From a virus (lineage: Duplodnaviria > Caudoviricetes), in the IMG/VR virus record IMGVR_UViG_3300028833_000006, positions 32,001 through 96,000 of that record: 64,000 nucleotides of DNA; one strand, 5' to 3'. The notes under the pieces were generated by a model. That model was given only the letters and a program-made list of their open reading frames with translations, was not told the origin of the DNA and did not search any database. A program made the position numbers and the translations under genes. Numbering within the stretch: the first letter of the stretch is position 1; each line of letters starts with the position of its first letter. Shown in pieces: positions 30,572-39,835 of this stretch.

Positions 30572-30874
30572 TTACTCTTGAATTGGTGCTACCTGTGACT
30601 TAGTGAAGAAACTAAGTACTCTCGTACCCTTTTTAGTCTTAGGGTCGGTTACTGTCAACTGAAAGACATTCTTGCTCTCATGTATAACCTCGTACCCCAA
30701 CTGATACCAGCCATACCAAGTGTGAACTTCCTCATTGATTACATTGTCTGCGATTGCATTGATGAAATCTTTTGTCTCTGCCCAAGCAATCCTTAAGCAA
30801 TCTGCAAAAGACATCTCTGACTCTCTGAATAATGACCAAGCCTTATTCATGATACTTGAAAGATTGTACTTCAT
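30572..30874 (-). CDS. ArdC N-terminal-like ssDNA-binding protein
   Basis: TWYGWYQLGYEVIHESK...FFTKSQV resembles the ArdC-N signature. Confidence 0.45.
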   Translation of the reverse strand: MKYNLSSIMNKAWSLFRESEMSFADCLRIAWAETKDFINAIADNVINEEVHTWYGWYQLGYEVIHESKNVFQLTVTDPKTKKGTRVLSFFTKSQVAPIQE

Positions 30875-30966
30875 AGTGTTCTCCTTTTCTAAGTGTTCTA
30901 ACTTTTCCCTTACAATGACATTATAAGCCCATACTTATATAATGTCAAGTACTTTTGAAATATTTT

Positions 30967-31590
30967 TCAAGTCTTTTTCTTCTTTTTAGGTAAATAGTGT
31001 TTACATTCACTCAAAAAATCATCTATACCAACCCACCCACTATCCGCATCATCATATTTAGCATAAATACTAAATTGTGGACATCTAACAGTATTGTACT
31101 GCTTATATTTAAAACAAAAGGGTCTGTGATATGATTTGCCATTTCGTTTCTTTAATAATCTCTTATAATACCAAATACAACCTTGACACGACTCACACTT
31201 GTGTGTCGAAGTGTTCCTATTCTCGGTGTAGGTGATACCCATCTGCTGTCTGAGATATATTATTTCTTGTTTAGTTCCAGTAAAACCGTCTGCATACCCC
31301 TTATTGTGAATATAGTTATGGCACTTCTCACACAGCGGAATTAAATCTGTTGGTAACTCATGCCCAACTCTCTCATAAGTGATGTGGTGCAAATGAATAG
31401 CCTTATTACTCTTACCACACACAGTACATTTATGGTCTTTAGGAACTAGTTGTTTGCGTAACTGTTTCCAATGTCTTGTCTTTAAATAATTGTCATAGCC
31501 TACACAAGTTTCATTCGTATCCTCACAATAATATGTCTTGGTATAAACCTTTTGTGACTTATGGCTATATCCCTTCTTTTTCTTACTCAT
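30967..31590 (-). CDS. HNH endonuclease
   Basis: YLKTRHW...CTVC...HLHHITY...LCEKCH. Confidence 0.75.
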   Translation of the reverse strand: MSKKKKGYSHKSQKVYTKTYYCEDTNETCVGYDNYLKTRHWKQLRKQLVPKDHKCTVCGKSNKAIHLHHITYERVGHELPTDLIPLCEKCHNYIHNKGYADGFTGTKQEIIYLRQQMGITYTENRNTSTHKCESCQGCIWYYKRLLKKRNGKSYHRPFCFKYKQYNTVRCPQFSIYAKYDDADSGWVGIDDFLSECKHYLPKKKKKT

Positions 31591-31843
31591 AATCAACAAA
31601 AAAAAACAGTTATCACTCGGCAATAGCATAAATATGCTATTCTGGAATTAGCCAAATGATAACTGTTATTCACTATGTTTATGTATGATACAATTCCAGT
31701 AGTATCATAAAGTAAATTAATATTATCAAATATTGTTTATACTGTCAACAAAGAAAGAGCACTGTCATTACGACAATGCTCTCTAGAAAAGGGGGTTACT
31801 TCTATGAAATCATATATTCATTATACCACAGTACTATAAATGG

Positions 31844-32113
31844 TCAATATGATACCTCTAAAAATTTAACACCTTTGTATATAAAACTTGTTTCTATATA
31901 ACTCCCATTATTTAATGTCTCCACCCTGTGTGATGATGTTGGTAACTCTAATATATCCGCTACGGTTTGTAGACAATTATACAAGTGTACATAATCCTTA
32001 CCACTTGCATTGCATAGAGTTAAAGATTCATTTATCTTCAAGTCTGCATTCTCTACCTTAGTTGCCTTTATCTGCTTATCTAACCACTTTTCAATCTTCT
32101 GCTTGTTTGTCAT
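31844..32113 (-). CDS. Hypothetical protein
   Basis: GGAGG RBS. Confidence 0.5.
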   Translation of the reverse strand: MTNKQKIEKWLDKQIKATKVENADLKINESLTLCNASGKDYVHLYNCLQTVADILELPTSSHRVETLNNGSYIETSFIYKGVKFLEVSY

Positions 32114-32116
32114 TGT

Positions 32117-32338
32117 CTAATCCTCCACTAATTCAGTTTCCATATCCCAACCACGATTTGGGTCATTCTCCCACTTCTTCCACTCATCTTCGGAATACTG
32201 AAATGCCCACTTATCTCCATACTTATCGACCATCTGCTGTCTTGCTTCACCATATGTGCCAAATCTCTTCACATAATGTCCACAATGCTTTTGCCCACTA
32301 CCAAATGTAAAATAGTACCACATCCTCTGTTCTTCCAT
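32117..32338 (-). CDS. Hypothetical protein
   Basis: YFTFGSG...WAFQY. Confidence 0.55.
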   Translation of the reverse strand: MEEQRMWYYFTFGSGQKHCGHYVKRFGTYGEARQQMVDKYGDKWAFQYSEDEWKKWENDPNRGWDMETELVED

Positions 32339-32339
32339 A

Positions 32340-32666
32340 TCAAACCTCCCTTAATTCATTCAATACCTTTGCTAATTTAGATTTTATCTCCGACACATCA
32401 TCCAACTTCATAACATCAGATATACTTTGCATTGTGTCATTCACAGCACATTCAAATGATAATACAGTACTTTCAAGGTCACTTACTTGCTCATCAAGGT
32501 CATCAGAATATGTTTTCATATCATCACATTCTTGAATAGCGTAGTATAACACATCACTCACAGCATCAGCATAGTCTTCACTGATAAACTCTCTCGCTAT
32601 ATCCTCAAAATCCTTCACACTCATTATAGTCTGTGTTCCTCTCGGTGTGTCAATTGTATACAACAT
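32340..32666 (-). CDS. Hypothetical coiled-coil protein
   Basis: Start re-assigned to MLYTID after an RBS. Confidence 0.55.
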   Translation of the reverse strand: MLYTIDTPRGTQTIMSVKDFEDIAREFISEDYADAVSDVLYYAIQECDDMKTYSDDLDEQVSDLESTVLSFECAVNDTMQSISDVMKLDDVSEIKSKLAKVLNELREV

Positions 32667-32725
32667 GATGCATCTCTCCTCTTTTTTAAAAATTATACGG
32701 TCAAAAATGTAGGGCTTTGCATAAC

Positions 32726-33016
32726 TCAACTAGCATTCGCCAAATTAGTTAGCTGCTTATTGTACTTCACCAACTTTTTACGTACTATAACCTTCTGCTT
32801 ATCCGTGAGAAAGCCCCTCTCTATAAGGAACTGTGCCATACTAGAAAGTATAGGTGCATCAACACCATTGAATCCAACACCATTAGCCTCGGCTGTCTCA
32901 CCCCAAGCCTGCTCATCTGCTGTCTGACAAGCATATAACTTTTTAAGTGCACCATAAAGCACCTTATCGTTGGTCTGTATAAGGTTTTTGATTTCGTCTG
33001 CTGTCCATACTCTCAT
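32726..33016 (-). CDS. Conserved hypothetical protein
   Basis: QTADEQ...NGVGFNGVDA...KYNKQL. Confidence 0.6.
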   Translation of the reverse strand: MRVWTADEIKNLIQTNDKVLYGALKKLYACQTADEQAWGETAEANGVGFNGVDAPILSSMAQFLIERGFLTDKQKVIVRKKLVKYNKQLTNLANAS

Positions 33017-33048
33017 AAGTTTTCTCCTTTTCTAAGTGTTTTTACAAT

Positions 33049-33190
33049 ATCTCGGGTAAGGATTTGAATTTCTGTCACCTTACATGATTTAGATTCAACC
33101 CAGTGGGTGTTTTGACTCGTCGGTCTTCTATGTCACCTCTTCGACTACTAAATCTTTAGGTTAAGCGTCTACCTATTCCGCCACCGAGAT
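33049..33190 (-). ncRNA. tRNA-like RNA / tRNA-Leu-type pseudo-tRNA with expanded central region
   Basis: Acceptor ATCTCGG/CCGAGAT; D-arm GGCGGAATAGGTAGACGC; T-stem GTAAGG/CCTTAC; ~80-nt centre with no canonical anticodon arm. Confidence 0.55.
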
Positions 33191-33534
33191 ATATCTACTA
33201 CTTTCTGAAATGCTATACCCCCGTCCAGTCCACACCAACTTGCTAGGCGGTCAACTCTAGCGCAAGGGTTGTTGGTTGTCTTTGCCCCACTTATATTTTA
33301 CAAGGGTGGTTGGCTCATGCCTTTGCTTTTATGATGGTCTTACACGGTCTACTTGTGACCTCGCTGGCTCTCCTGTGGTCTGCCATCCCCAACTCTGCTG
33401 GACACCTCGGGCCTGTTGCCCCTTGGGTTTTAGTGACTTTTCCTTGTCTATTCATTTATAACTACCTCTTACATTATTAAGTATATACCTATACTTTTAA
33501 TTTGTCAACACTTTTTGAAAAATTTTTCAACTTT

Positions 33535-33729
33535 TTAATAATCCTCAAGTGGCGCTAATTCAAATCCACTACAACCACAACAACTACTATTCCACTCCTT
33601 GCCATCGCAAAAGTATTCATCAAACTCCTCTTCTGTGATATTTTCGCAATTCTTGCACTCGGCCTCGCTCGGCTCATAGAATGTTGCGGGCCAGTATCTG
33701 TAGTGTCTACAATCTGAGCAACTGAACAT
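33535..33729 (-). CDS. Cys-rich small protein
   Basis: CxxC motifs; GGAGG RBS. Confidence 0.5.
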   Translation of the reverse strand: MFSCSDCRHYRYWPATFYEPSEAECKNCENITEEEFDEYFCDGKEWNSSCCGCSGFELAPLEDY

Positions 33730-33741
33730 ATCTATACCTCC

Positions 33742-34122
33742 TTACCTACTCAACCTCTCGTTAAGTTCCCATGACTCCTGTCTGTCATGCAACTTCATAG
33801 GATTGCTACCAAATCTGCTATCACTTGAATAGACAAGTGAACCACCAAACATCCAACCTGCACCTACTGCATCTGCATAAGGTCTTACATAGTCATGTCT
33901 TTCACCGAACAACTCACGCTCAACATATACACATAAGTTCTCGGGCGGATTGTCCATATCAATTTCGTAGTTACCTTCCTTGTTAAGTATCAGCACATCT
34001 CTGTACCTTGCACTAATACCATTGTTACTGCAATTACCAATATCCTTGCTCTCAAAGATACTTACACTCAATGCTCTACCACAATTTAAATCTCTTGCTC
34101 TTTCATTACTTGCTAACTTCAT
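33742..34122 (-). CDS. Conserved hypothetical protein
   Basis: NCSNNGIS...WMFGG...SSDSRF...LHDRQE. Confidence 0.6.
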   Translation of the reverse strand: MKLASNERARDLNCGRALSVSIFESKDIGNCSNNGISARYRDVLILNKEGNYEIDMDNPPENLCVYVERELFGERHDYVRPYADAVGAGWMFGGSLVYSSDSRFGSNPMKLHDRQESWELNERLSR

Positions 34123-34214
34123 ACTGTTTTCTCCTTTCAGTTGAATCAATTTTTCCTTACATACTCATTATAAGCCTATCCTTATATGCTGTCAATACTT
34201 TTTTGAAATAATTT

Positions 34215-34547
34215 TCAATTTTCTTCTTTTTCTTCTGCAAACCCATTTTCCGCTAAATACTCTGACACGGCTTTATATATAGGCATATCCTTTAAATCAT
34301 TCGCCACTTCTTCTCTGTTACCCAATCTATATGTCATACTCCTTGTGGTTTCCTTTATAGGCTCAATACCTAAATACGACTTAATTCGCTTTTTAGCCGT
34401 TTCTTTATATGTACCACTAATGTCCTTAACTACGACACAGAAATCACCGTTGACTACCTTTGTTCCTATATAAGCCTTACCAATAGAACAAGATACTGCT
34501 GATTCTTCAATTACTCGCGCCTTATAAAATACTCCATTCTTCACCAT
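34215..34547 (-). CDS. Hypothetical protein
   Basis: AAAGGAG RBS; follows a promoter repeat. Confidence 0.55.
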   Translation of the reverse strand: MVKNGVFYKARVIEESAVSCSIGKAYIGTKVVNGDFCVVVKDISGTYKETAKKRIKSYLGIEPIKETTRSMTYRLGNREEVANDLKDMPIYKAVSEYLAENGFAEEKEEN

Positions 34548-34745
34548 ACAAATCTCCTTTCTTAAAATCACCTTACATTATCATTATAAGACCATACTTA
34601 TATATTGTCAACACTTTTTGAAATAAAATTCAAATTATTTTTCTCAATTCGGTGGGTGTGGCTACACTTTGTTTCAACACAATGCAAAACCCATAGGCTA
34701 CTTCATTCACCTATGGGTCTGCTGTAAGGAATTTATAGAGAAAAC

Positions 34746-34952
34746 TTATGCGATATATCCTAATACATCAAATATGTAATCCATCTCAAGTCCTAAATCA
34801 CTCAGCATTATATCTTCTGCGTACTCATAATCTCCATCTGCTACTGCATCTTCTATCTGCTCTCTGACATCTGCAACTAAATCTCTAGCCTCTTCCAATG
34901 TCATATCATCTCTCTTCATAAGTATGCCGATTACCTTATTTATTCCGCTCAT
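34746..34952 (-). CDS. Hypothetical protein
   Basis: ILMKRD...LGLEMDYI. Confidence 0.55.
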   Translation of the reverse strand: MSGINKVIGILMKRDDMTLEEARDLVADVREQIEDAVADGDYEYAEDIMLSDLGLEMDYIFDVLGYIA

Positions 34953-34964
34953 ATTCTTTCTCCT

Positions 34965-35177
34965 TTACATTGTATAATATATCACCACTGCCATTCTCTC
35001 ACGCTCGGTTATCTGACCACAATCTCGTAATGCTTCTACATACCCAAGTATCTTATTCTTGAATGCTGTTGAGTCAATACGATTCTCGTTTTCTTTTGCA
35101 CGTAGATAATAATTTCTGTATGTATCTAATACATCTTTCTGTGTATCAGTTAATTTTCTCAACGCTCTCTTTGTCAT
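34965..35177 (-). CDS. Hypothetical protein
   Basis: ORF with RBS. Confidence 0.5.
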   Translation of the reverse strand: MTKRALRKLTDTQKDVLDTYRNYYLRAKENENRIDSTAFKNKILGYVEALRDCGQITERERMAVVIYYTM

Positions 35178-35320
35178 ATTAAATTCCTTTCATATACCGC
35201 ACTTTTTGCCCCAAAATCGACCTTTAAATATTTAAGTGATTACTTTATCCACTCACTCGCTTAAATGCGCCCTGTGTGGCAAAAACCGCTATTATTCGTC
35301 CTCTTCTATAGACCCCACTC

Positions 35321-35671
35321 TTACCACAGTCTTGTATACATCTTGGTTACTTCCGTAAACAACTCCTCTAACTGGTCACAGTAGATTTCCTTGAACTCCT
35401 TAACCTCGACTATCTTCTCCTCTGAGAATGTATATGTCTTGGTGTTAAGTCTAGGTGCTGTATACTTGAAAAATCTCATTGTGTAAGTATCCGTGCCCCA
35501 ATTGTATGTTACCCAAAGTCTATTAGCCTTACTACCATTCTTAGGAATTGTCATCCTAAGTGTACTGTTCTCATTATCCCATACAAAATTCTTGCATCCT
35601 GTCATTGCGATAAATTTATTACCGCCTAACTGCTCCAATATTGTCTGTCCTATGTACTTGTTGTTTTCCAT
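35321..35671 (-). CDS. Conserved hypothetical phage protein
   Basis: TILEQLGGNKFIAMTG...DTY...IYCDQL...YTRL. Confidence 0.65.
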   Translation of the reverse strand: MENNKYIGQTILEQLGGNKFIAMTGCKNFVWDNENSTLRMTIPKNGSKANRLWVTYNWGTDTYTMRFFKYTAPRLNTKTYTFSEEKIVEVKEFKEIYCDQLEELFTEVTKMYTRLW

Positions 35672-35931
35672 ACTGTATTCTCCTTTCAGTTTCCTTACTT
35701 GAGATATTTGCGATACTTTCTTGGTACTTACTCAATCAAGACTAATTGTCATCAACTGCCTTAATCGGCTTTTTCCTCTTAGAGAAGTATCGGCTTTCGC
35801 TTTCCCTATCTCTTCCTTACAATCATAGTATAAGTCAATACTTATATATTGTCAAGTACTTTTTGAAAAATTTTTCAACTTTTTTATTCAGCTTGTTATG
35901 TAAACCTACATTTTTTGCGTATAAAAGAAAT

Positions 35932-35965
35932 AGAGCAATTGGATTGCGCATTGTCCAATTGCTCT
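35932..35965 (-). terminator. Intrinsic terminator hairpin downstream of the radical SAM gene
   Basis: AGAGCAATTGGA...TCCAATTGCTCT followed by a U-rich tract on the minus strand. Confidence 0.6.
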
Positions 35966-36043
35966 CATTCCCACTGCACTGTAAACCGAAGAATTAATAA
36001 GAACACCTATAATATACATCAATACACCTTACTTGTCAACAAC

Positions 36044-37168
36044 TTATATAAGACTCCCTTGGGATTTCCCAAATAACTGTTTCTGTACTCGTTGTCTGCT
36101 ACTGCCTAAATAATCTGGGTGTGCCCTAATATAATCATCCACATACTCCTTTGGGTCTATCTTTAGTCCATACTTTTGGTCATTTATATGCTTTCTCGGA
36201 TTACATTTCGGTATCCACTCGTCACCAAACTCACCAGTACACATATATGTGAGATTATACTTCATATAATTCTCAAATGCACCCCCTATCAAATCTGTAC
36301 CACAGCAACACCGTGAATCTGATAAATAATGTAAGTCATTATCTCCCACCCCTATAGGAATACCACTATCCTTTAACTTATCTTTTATTCTGCCGATATT
36401 CCGCAATTTCACATCTCGTTTTACTCTTATTCTGCCATCCGTTGCCTCATATTCTTGTTTATGTGCACTTGATACCTTATCTAAGAACGCTTGTGTACTA
36501 CCTAACACATCATAAGTAGATTTAAAATGCTCTACTGTTATATAGTTAGGCTTAATATCTTTAAGATACTCACATAATATCAATACTTCGTCTATGTCTA
36601 TGATAGGTTGTATTCTGACACTGCACCATATGCCAAAATCATTTTTTAGCATCTGCACAAACTCACATCTCTGTTGTGGACTTGGTGTGTTATATTCCCA
36701 CTGGTTTACATAACTATTTCGCCACCCCATTATTGACACTTGAAATGCATGTATCTTCGGATTCAATAACTCATAATAATTGTTATGTAAACTTGCTGTC
36801 TTAGTACTAAATAACACCGGGTAATCATATTTATTAGACATTTCTATAAATCGCTTTGTCTGCCCATATTCCCACTCTCTATGTTGGAAAGGGTCTGACA
36901 TACCACCACAATGTACAGGCACTCTATGCCTTATCATTTCAACTATAATAGACTTACTCGATTTATCAGTTTCTAATGCTTTATAGAAAAATCTTTCTAT
37001 TCTATCCATATCAGCTATATCAAAAGTACTACATTGCTTACCTTGCATCCAATCCATATTTGCCGAACAGTAGACACACCCGTATGAACACCCCTTATAT
37101 GTATCTATCCTAAATGCCATAGGACAGAATGCAAATTGTCTTGTTATTTGAATACACTCTGAATACAT
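36044..37168 (-). CDS. Radical SAM protein (SPL/DUF1848-like)
   Basis: DTYKGCSYGCVYC (CxxxCxxC), GGMSDPF, FSTK, RIQP and CCCG motifs. Confidence 0.8.
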   Translation of the reverse strand: MYSECIQITRQFAFCPMAFRIDTYKGCSYGCVYCSANMDWMQGKQCSTFDIADMDRIERFFYKALETDKSSKSIIVEMIRHRVPVHCGGMSDPFQHREWEYGQTKRFIEMSNKYDYPVLFSTKTASLHNNYYELLNPKIHAFQVSIMGWRNSYVNQWEYNTPSPQQRCEFVQMLKNDFGIWCSVRIQPIIDIDEVLILCEYLKDIKPNYITVEHFKSTYDVLGSTQAFLDKVSSAHKQEYEATDGRIRVKRDVKLRNIGRIKDKLKDSGIPIGVGDNDLHYLSDSRCCCGTDLIGGAFENYMKYNLTYMCTGEFGDEWIPKCNPRKHINDQKYGLKIDPKEYVDDYIRAHPDYLGSSRQRVQKQLFGKSQGSLI

Positions 37169-37234
37169 CTGTTTTAATCTCCTTGGCTACACCACAAGTA
37201 TAACAAAGTGGGCGGTAATTGTCCACCCACTGCA

Positions 37235-37513
37235 TTACAACCTCTCTAATATATCCTCTGCGGTTAGATATCCTTCTACAGAATCTCCTGCATTAGGACT
37301 TACTATATCTCCCATGATTTCAAGTTTACCCTCTTTATGACCATATGAATAACTATGACATATAGCATCCCACGCATAGTGCTCATTTTCATCATTAACC
37401 ACTATCTGATATCCGTCAAATAACTCATGAAATACATACGGTATCCCACGCTCATCTAACCCCTTTGCCAATTTTCTTAACTCAATGTCATAAAACTCCT
37501 TTAAGTTTTCCAT
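37235..37513 (-). CDS. Conserved hypothetical protein
   Basis: DAICHSYSYG...LEIMG...VEGYLT. Confidence 0.6.
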   Translation of the reverse strand: MENLKEFYDIELRKLAKGLDERGIPYVFHELFDGYQIVVNDENEHYAWDAICHSYSYGHKEGKLEIMGDIVSPNAGDSVEGYLTAEDILERL

Positions 37514-37682
37514 TCACGCACTCCTTTCTAATTGTAATTGGTTTACTCTTTCTATAACTTGTTATCATCTGTATAGCAAATACAAACTTCTCGTATTCAT
37601 CCCAAGTCAAATAGCCTGCTTTCCACGCACCCTCTGCCTCTGCTATCATATTTACCATTTCATCTAAGTACTTATCTTTCAT
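37488..37682 (-). CDS. Hypothetical protein
   Basis: ORF track. Confidence 0.45.
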   Translation of the reverse strand: MKDKYLDEMVNMIAEAEGAWKAGYLTWDEYEKFVFAIQMITSYRKSKPITIRKECVNGKLKGVL

Positions 37683-37698
37683 ATATACCCCTATCTAC

Positions 37699-38031
37699 TC
37701 ACCACTGCACAGTCATCACAAGCCTATTTCTTAAATATGCTTTCTGCCCACTCTTCCGAACACTACCACGGTAATTTATCCAAGAACCCTTGGTCGTATA
37801 TTCAACATCCTTTTTGTCAAATGATACATCAAAACCTCTACGCTGTAACTCTGTTGCTATCCCAAACTCACCATAAAGGTCATCCTCTACCGTATTAGGA
37901 CTGAATGGAATTTGTATAACATTGTTATCCATATCCACAGAACTACCACGCATCGTGTCCGCATAATTTACAATATAATCAATATCAGTCTCTCTAACCA
38001 TATCCACCTCTTCAATCTTCTTTCTTGTCAC
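37699..38031 (-). CDS. Hypothetical protein
   Basis: ORF; start probably MVRETD. Confidence 0.5.
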   Translation of the reverse strand: MTRKKIEEVDMVRETDIDYIVNYADTMRGSSVDMDNNVIQIPFSPNTVEDDLYGEFGIATELQRRGFDVSFDKKDVEYTTKGSWINYRGSVRKSGQKAYLRNRLVMTVQW

Positions 38032-38037
38032 CGCTAC

Positions 38038-38511
38038 TCAAAACTCATAATCATAGTAGTACTTTGCTACTCCAAAACTTACATTCCACCTATCATACTT
38101 GGTCTGTGCCTTACCACTTTCAACTATGTCTGACAACCTAAATCCCCAATTACTTGCCCAAATCTTCGCATCAATATCGTCACCGTCAAGAATCTCCTTT
38201 GCCCTTTCTGGTGTGATTGATACTGTCATGTACCAATACTTACCACGCTTGGTCAAATCTATTGTAGGATTGTTCTCATTTGAAACAAGTACCCAATCAT
38301 TGCTATAAGAATAATCCTTGTCATCATCAGGTCTCTTGTGGTCATATTCTCTAATTGTCACATGCTTCTGGTCTTTAACTGCCACAACCTCGTATGCGTG
38401 TCTGTCTGACCAAGAATACTTTGTTACTCCAGTACCAACTTTAATTTCATCACAGAGCATCTTATTCTCTTCAATTCTGTTGTTAAGACTCCCATACCAC
38501 TTTCTTGCCAT
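38038..38511 (-). CDS. Conserved hypothetical protein
   Basis: VGTGVT...WSDRHAYEV...YYYDYEF; strong RBS after a promoter repeat. Confidence 0.65.
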   Translation of the reverse strand: MARKWYGSLNNRIEENKMLCDEIKVGTGVTKYSWSDRHAYEVVAVKDQKHVTIREYDHKRPDDDKDYSYSNDWVLVSNENNPTIDLTKRGKYWYMTVSITPERAKEILDGDDIDAKIWASNWGFRLSDIVESGKAQTKYDRWNVSFGVAKYYYDYEF

Positions 38512-38614
38512 ATTGATTTCTCCTTTCAGTATGTACTACCGTTTCCTTACAATCATAGTATAAGGCAAGACTTATATATTGTCAAGTGGTTTTTGAAAAA
38601 TTTTTCAAATATTT

Positions 38615-39661
38615 CTATTCCCAAATGAAAGTATACTTGAAAGGGTCTATATCACCCCTAAAAAATTTAGATTTTTTAATACTATAAGGGATATAGTGCT
38701 CCCACACCTCATTGATATAGTATTTTGTTTCATCCTCTCGCTCAAGATTTCGCTTTAGATTATTGAAACAATATATATAATAACTCTCATTATATTCTTG
38801 TAAATCATTATCTGCCATATAGATATACTCCACACAGCACTTATAACACCTACCGCATCTATGTTTAGGTAACATAATACCATACTTCTGTAATACCCAA
38901 TCATGCCAATACTGACGTAGATTAGCCCTACCCAAACAACTGACTGACAAATCTAATAAATCCTTATCATAGCATACGGACTTAAGACTGTCCTTAACAT
39001 CCTTTAGCACAACCCCCATCTTAAACTTTGGTATAAATGACCGCATAATCTCGTTATAGATATCCCACATCTCCATGTCATCCCCACCACAAAATTCGAA
39101 ATTGTCATAGTACCAAGTACTTGATTTATAATTACCGATTGCCAAGCGTGTACCTACACCCTCACGAATACCATACTCCAATGCCCCATTCGCTATCATA
39201 TAATTCTTCATGGGATGTTCAACATAATCATGATGACCAGATAATTTAATAGTATCTATGTACAACGGTATCTTTAGATAGTCTGCTATATCTTGAGCAA
39301 TTAAGTATTCATCTGACAATGCGGAATTAATGTGCCTCATATGATACAAATACACATTAAACCCCTTGGTCATATAATATTTAACTGTCGCTATACTATC
39401 TTTACCGCCACTAAATAGTACTATTATATTCTCTGCATTTCGCACAGTATTTAATTTAGGATACTCTCGGTCTTGATACGTCACATTTCCATGATGGTCT
39501 GCGTATAGTACAAAAGTATCATACAGTTCTTTAAACCTACTATCTAATACTGTCGGTACTAAAGACGGTTTCTCCTTACGCTCGGATAATAAAGAATACA
39601 CCCTATCAAACTCATCAAAGATAGGGTGTATATGTGGTTGGTCATATTTTATTGTTTGCAT
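38615..39661 (-). CDS. QueC-like PP-loop ATP pyrophosphatase (7-cyano-7-deazaguanine synthase family)
   Basis: VLFSGGKDS PP-loop and C-terminal SC...CGRCYKC zinc site. Confidence 0.7.
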   Translation of the reverse strand: MQTIKYDQPHIHPIFDEFDRVYSLLSERKEKPSLVPTVLDSRFKELYDTFVLYADHHGNVTYQDREYPKLNTVRNAENIIVLFSGGKDSIATVKYYMTKGFNVYLYHMRHINSALSDEYLIAQDIADYLKIPLYIDTIKLSGHHDYVEHPMKNYMIANGALEYGIREGVGTRLAIGNYKSSTWYYDNFEFCGGDDMEMWDIYNEIMRSFIPKFKMGVVLKDVKDSLKSVCYDKDLLDLSVSCLGRANLRQYWHDWVLQKYGIMLPKHRCGRCYKCCVEYIYMADNDLQEYNESYYIYCFNNLKRNLEREDETKYYINEVWEHYIPYSIKKSKFFRGDIDPFKYTFIWE

Positions 39662-39664
39662 ATT

Positions 39665-39784
39665 CTACTTCTTATTCTTCTTAGGCTTAATCACCATCTT
39701 ACCAAAATCATCTGCTACGAATCTTTTATCTGCTCTATCTTGCCCCTTTGTATTTGGTGCGTTTGCAGGTTTCTTCTTTGTCAT
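39665..39784 (-). CDS. Small basic protein (39 aa)
   Basis: Below ORF-track cutoff; GGAGG RBS; MTKKKPANAPNTKGQDRADKRF... Confidence 0.45.
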   Translation of the reverse strand: MTKKKPANAPNTKGQDRADKRFVADDFGKMVIKPKKNKK

Positions 39785-39835
39785 AATGTACCCTCCAAGT
39801 AATTACATTGTATACTATGTTTACTTAAATGTCAA

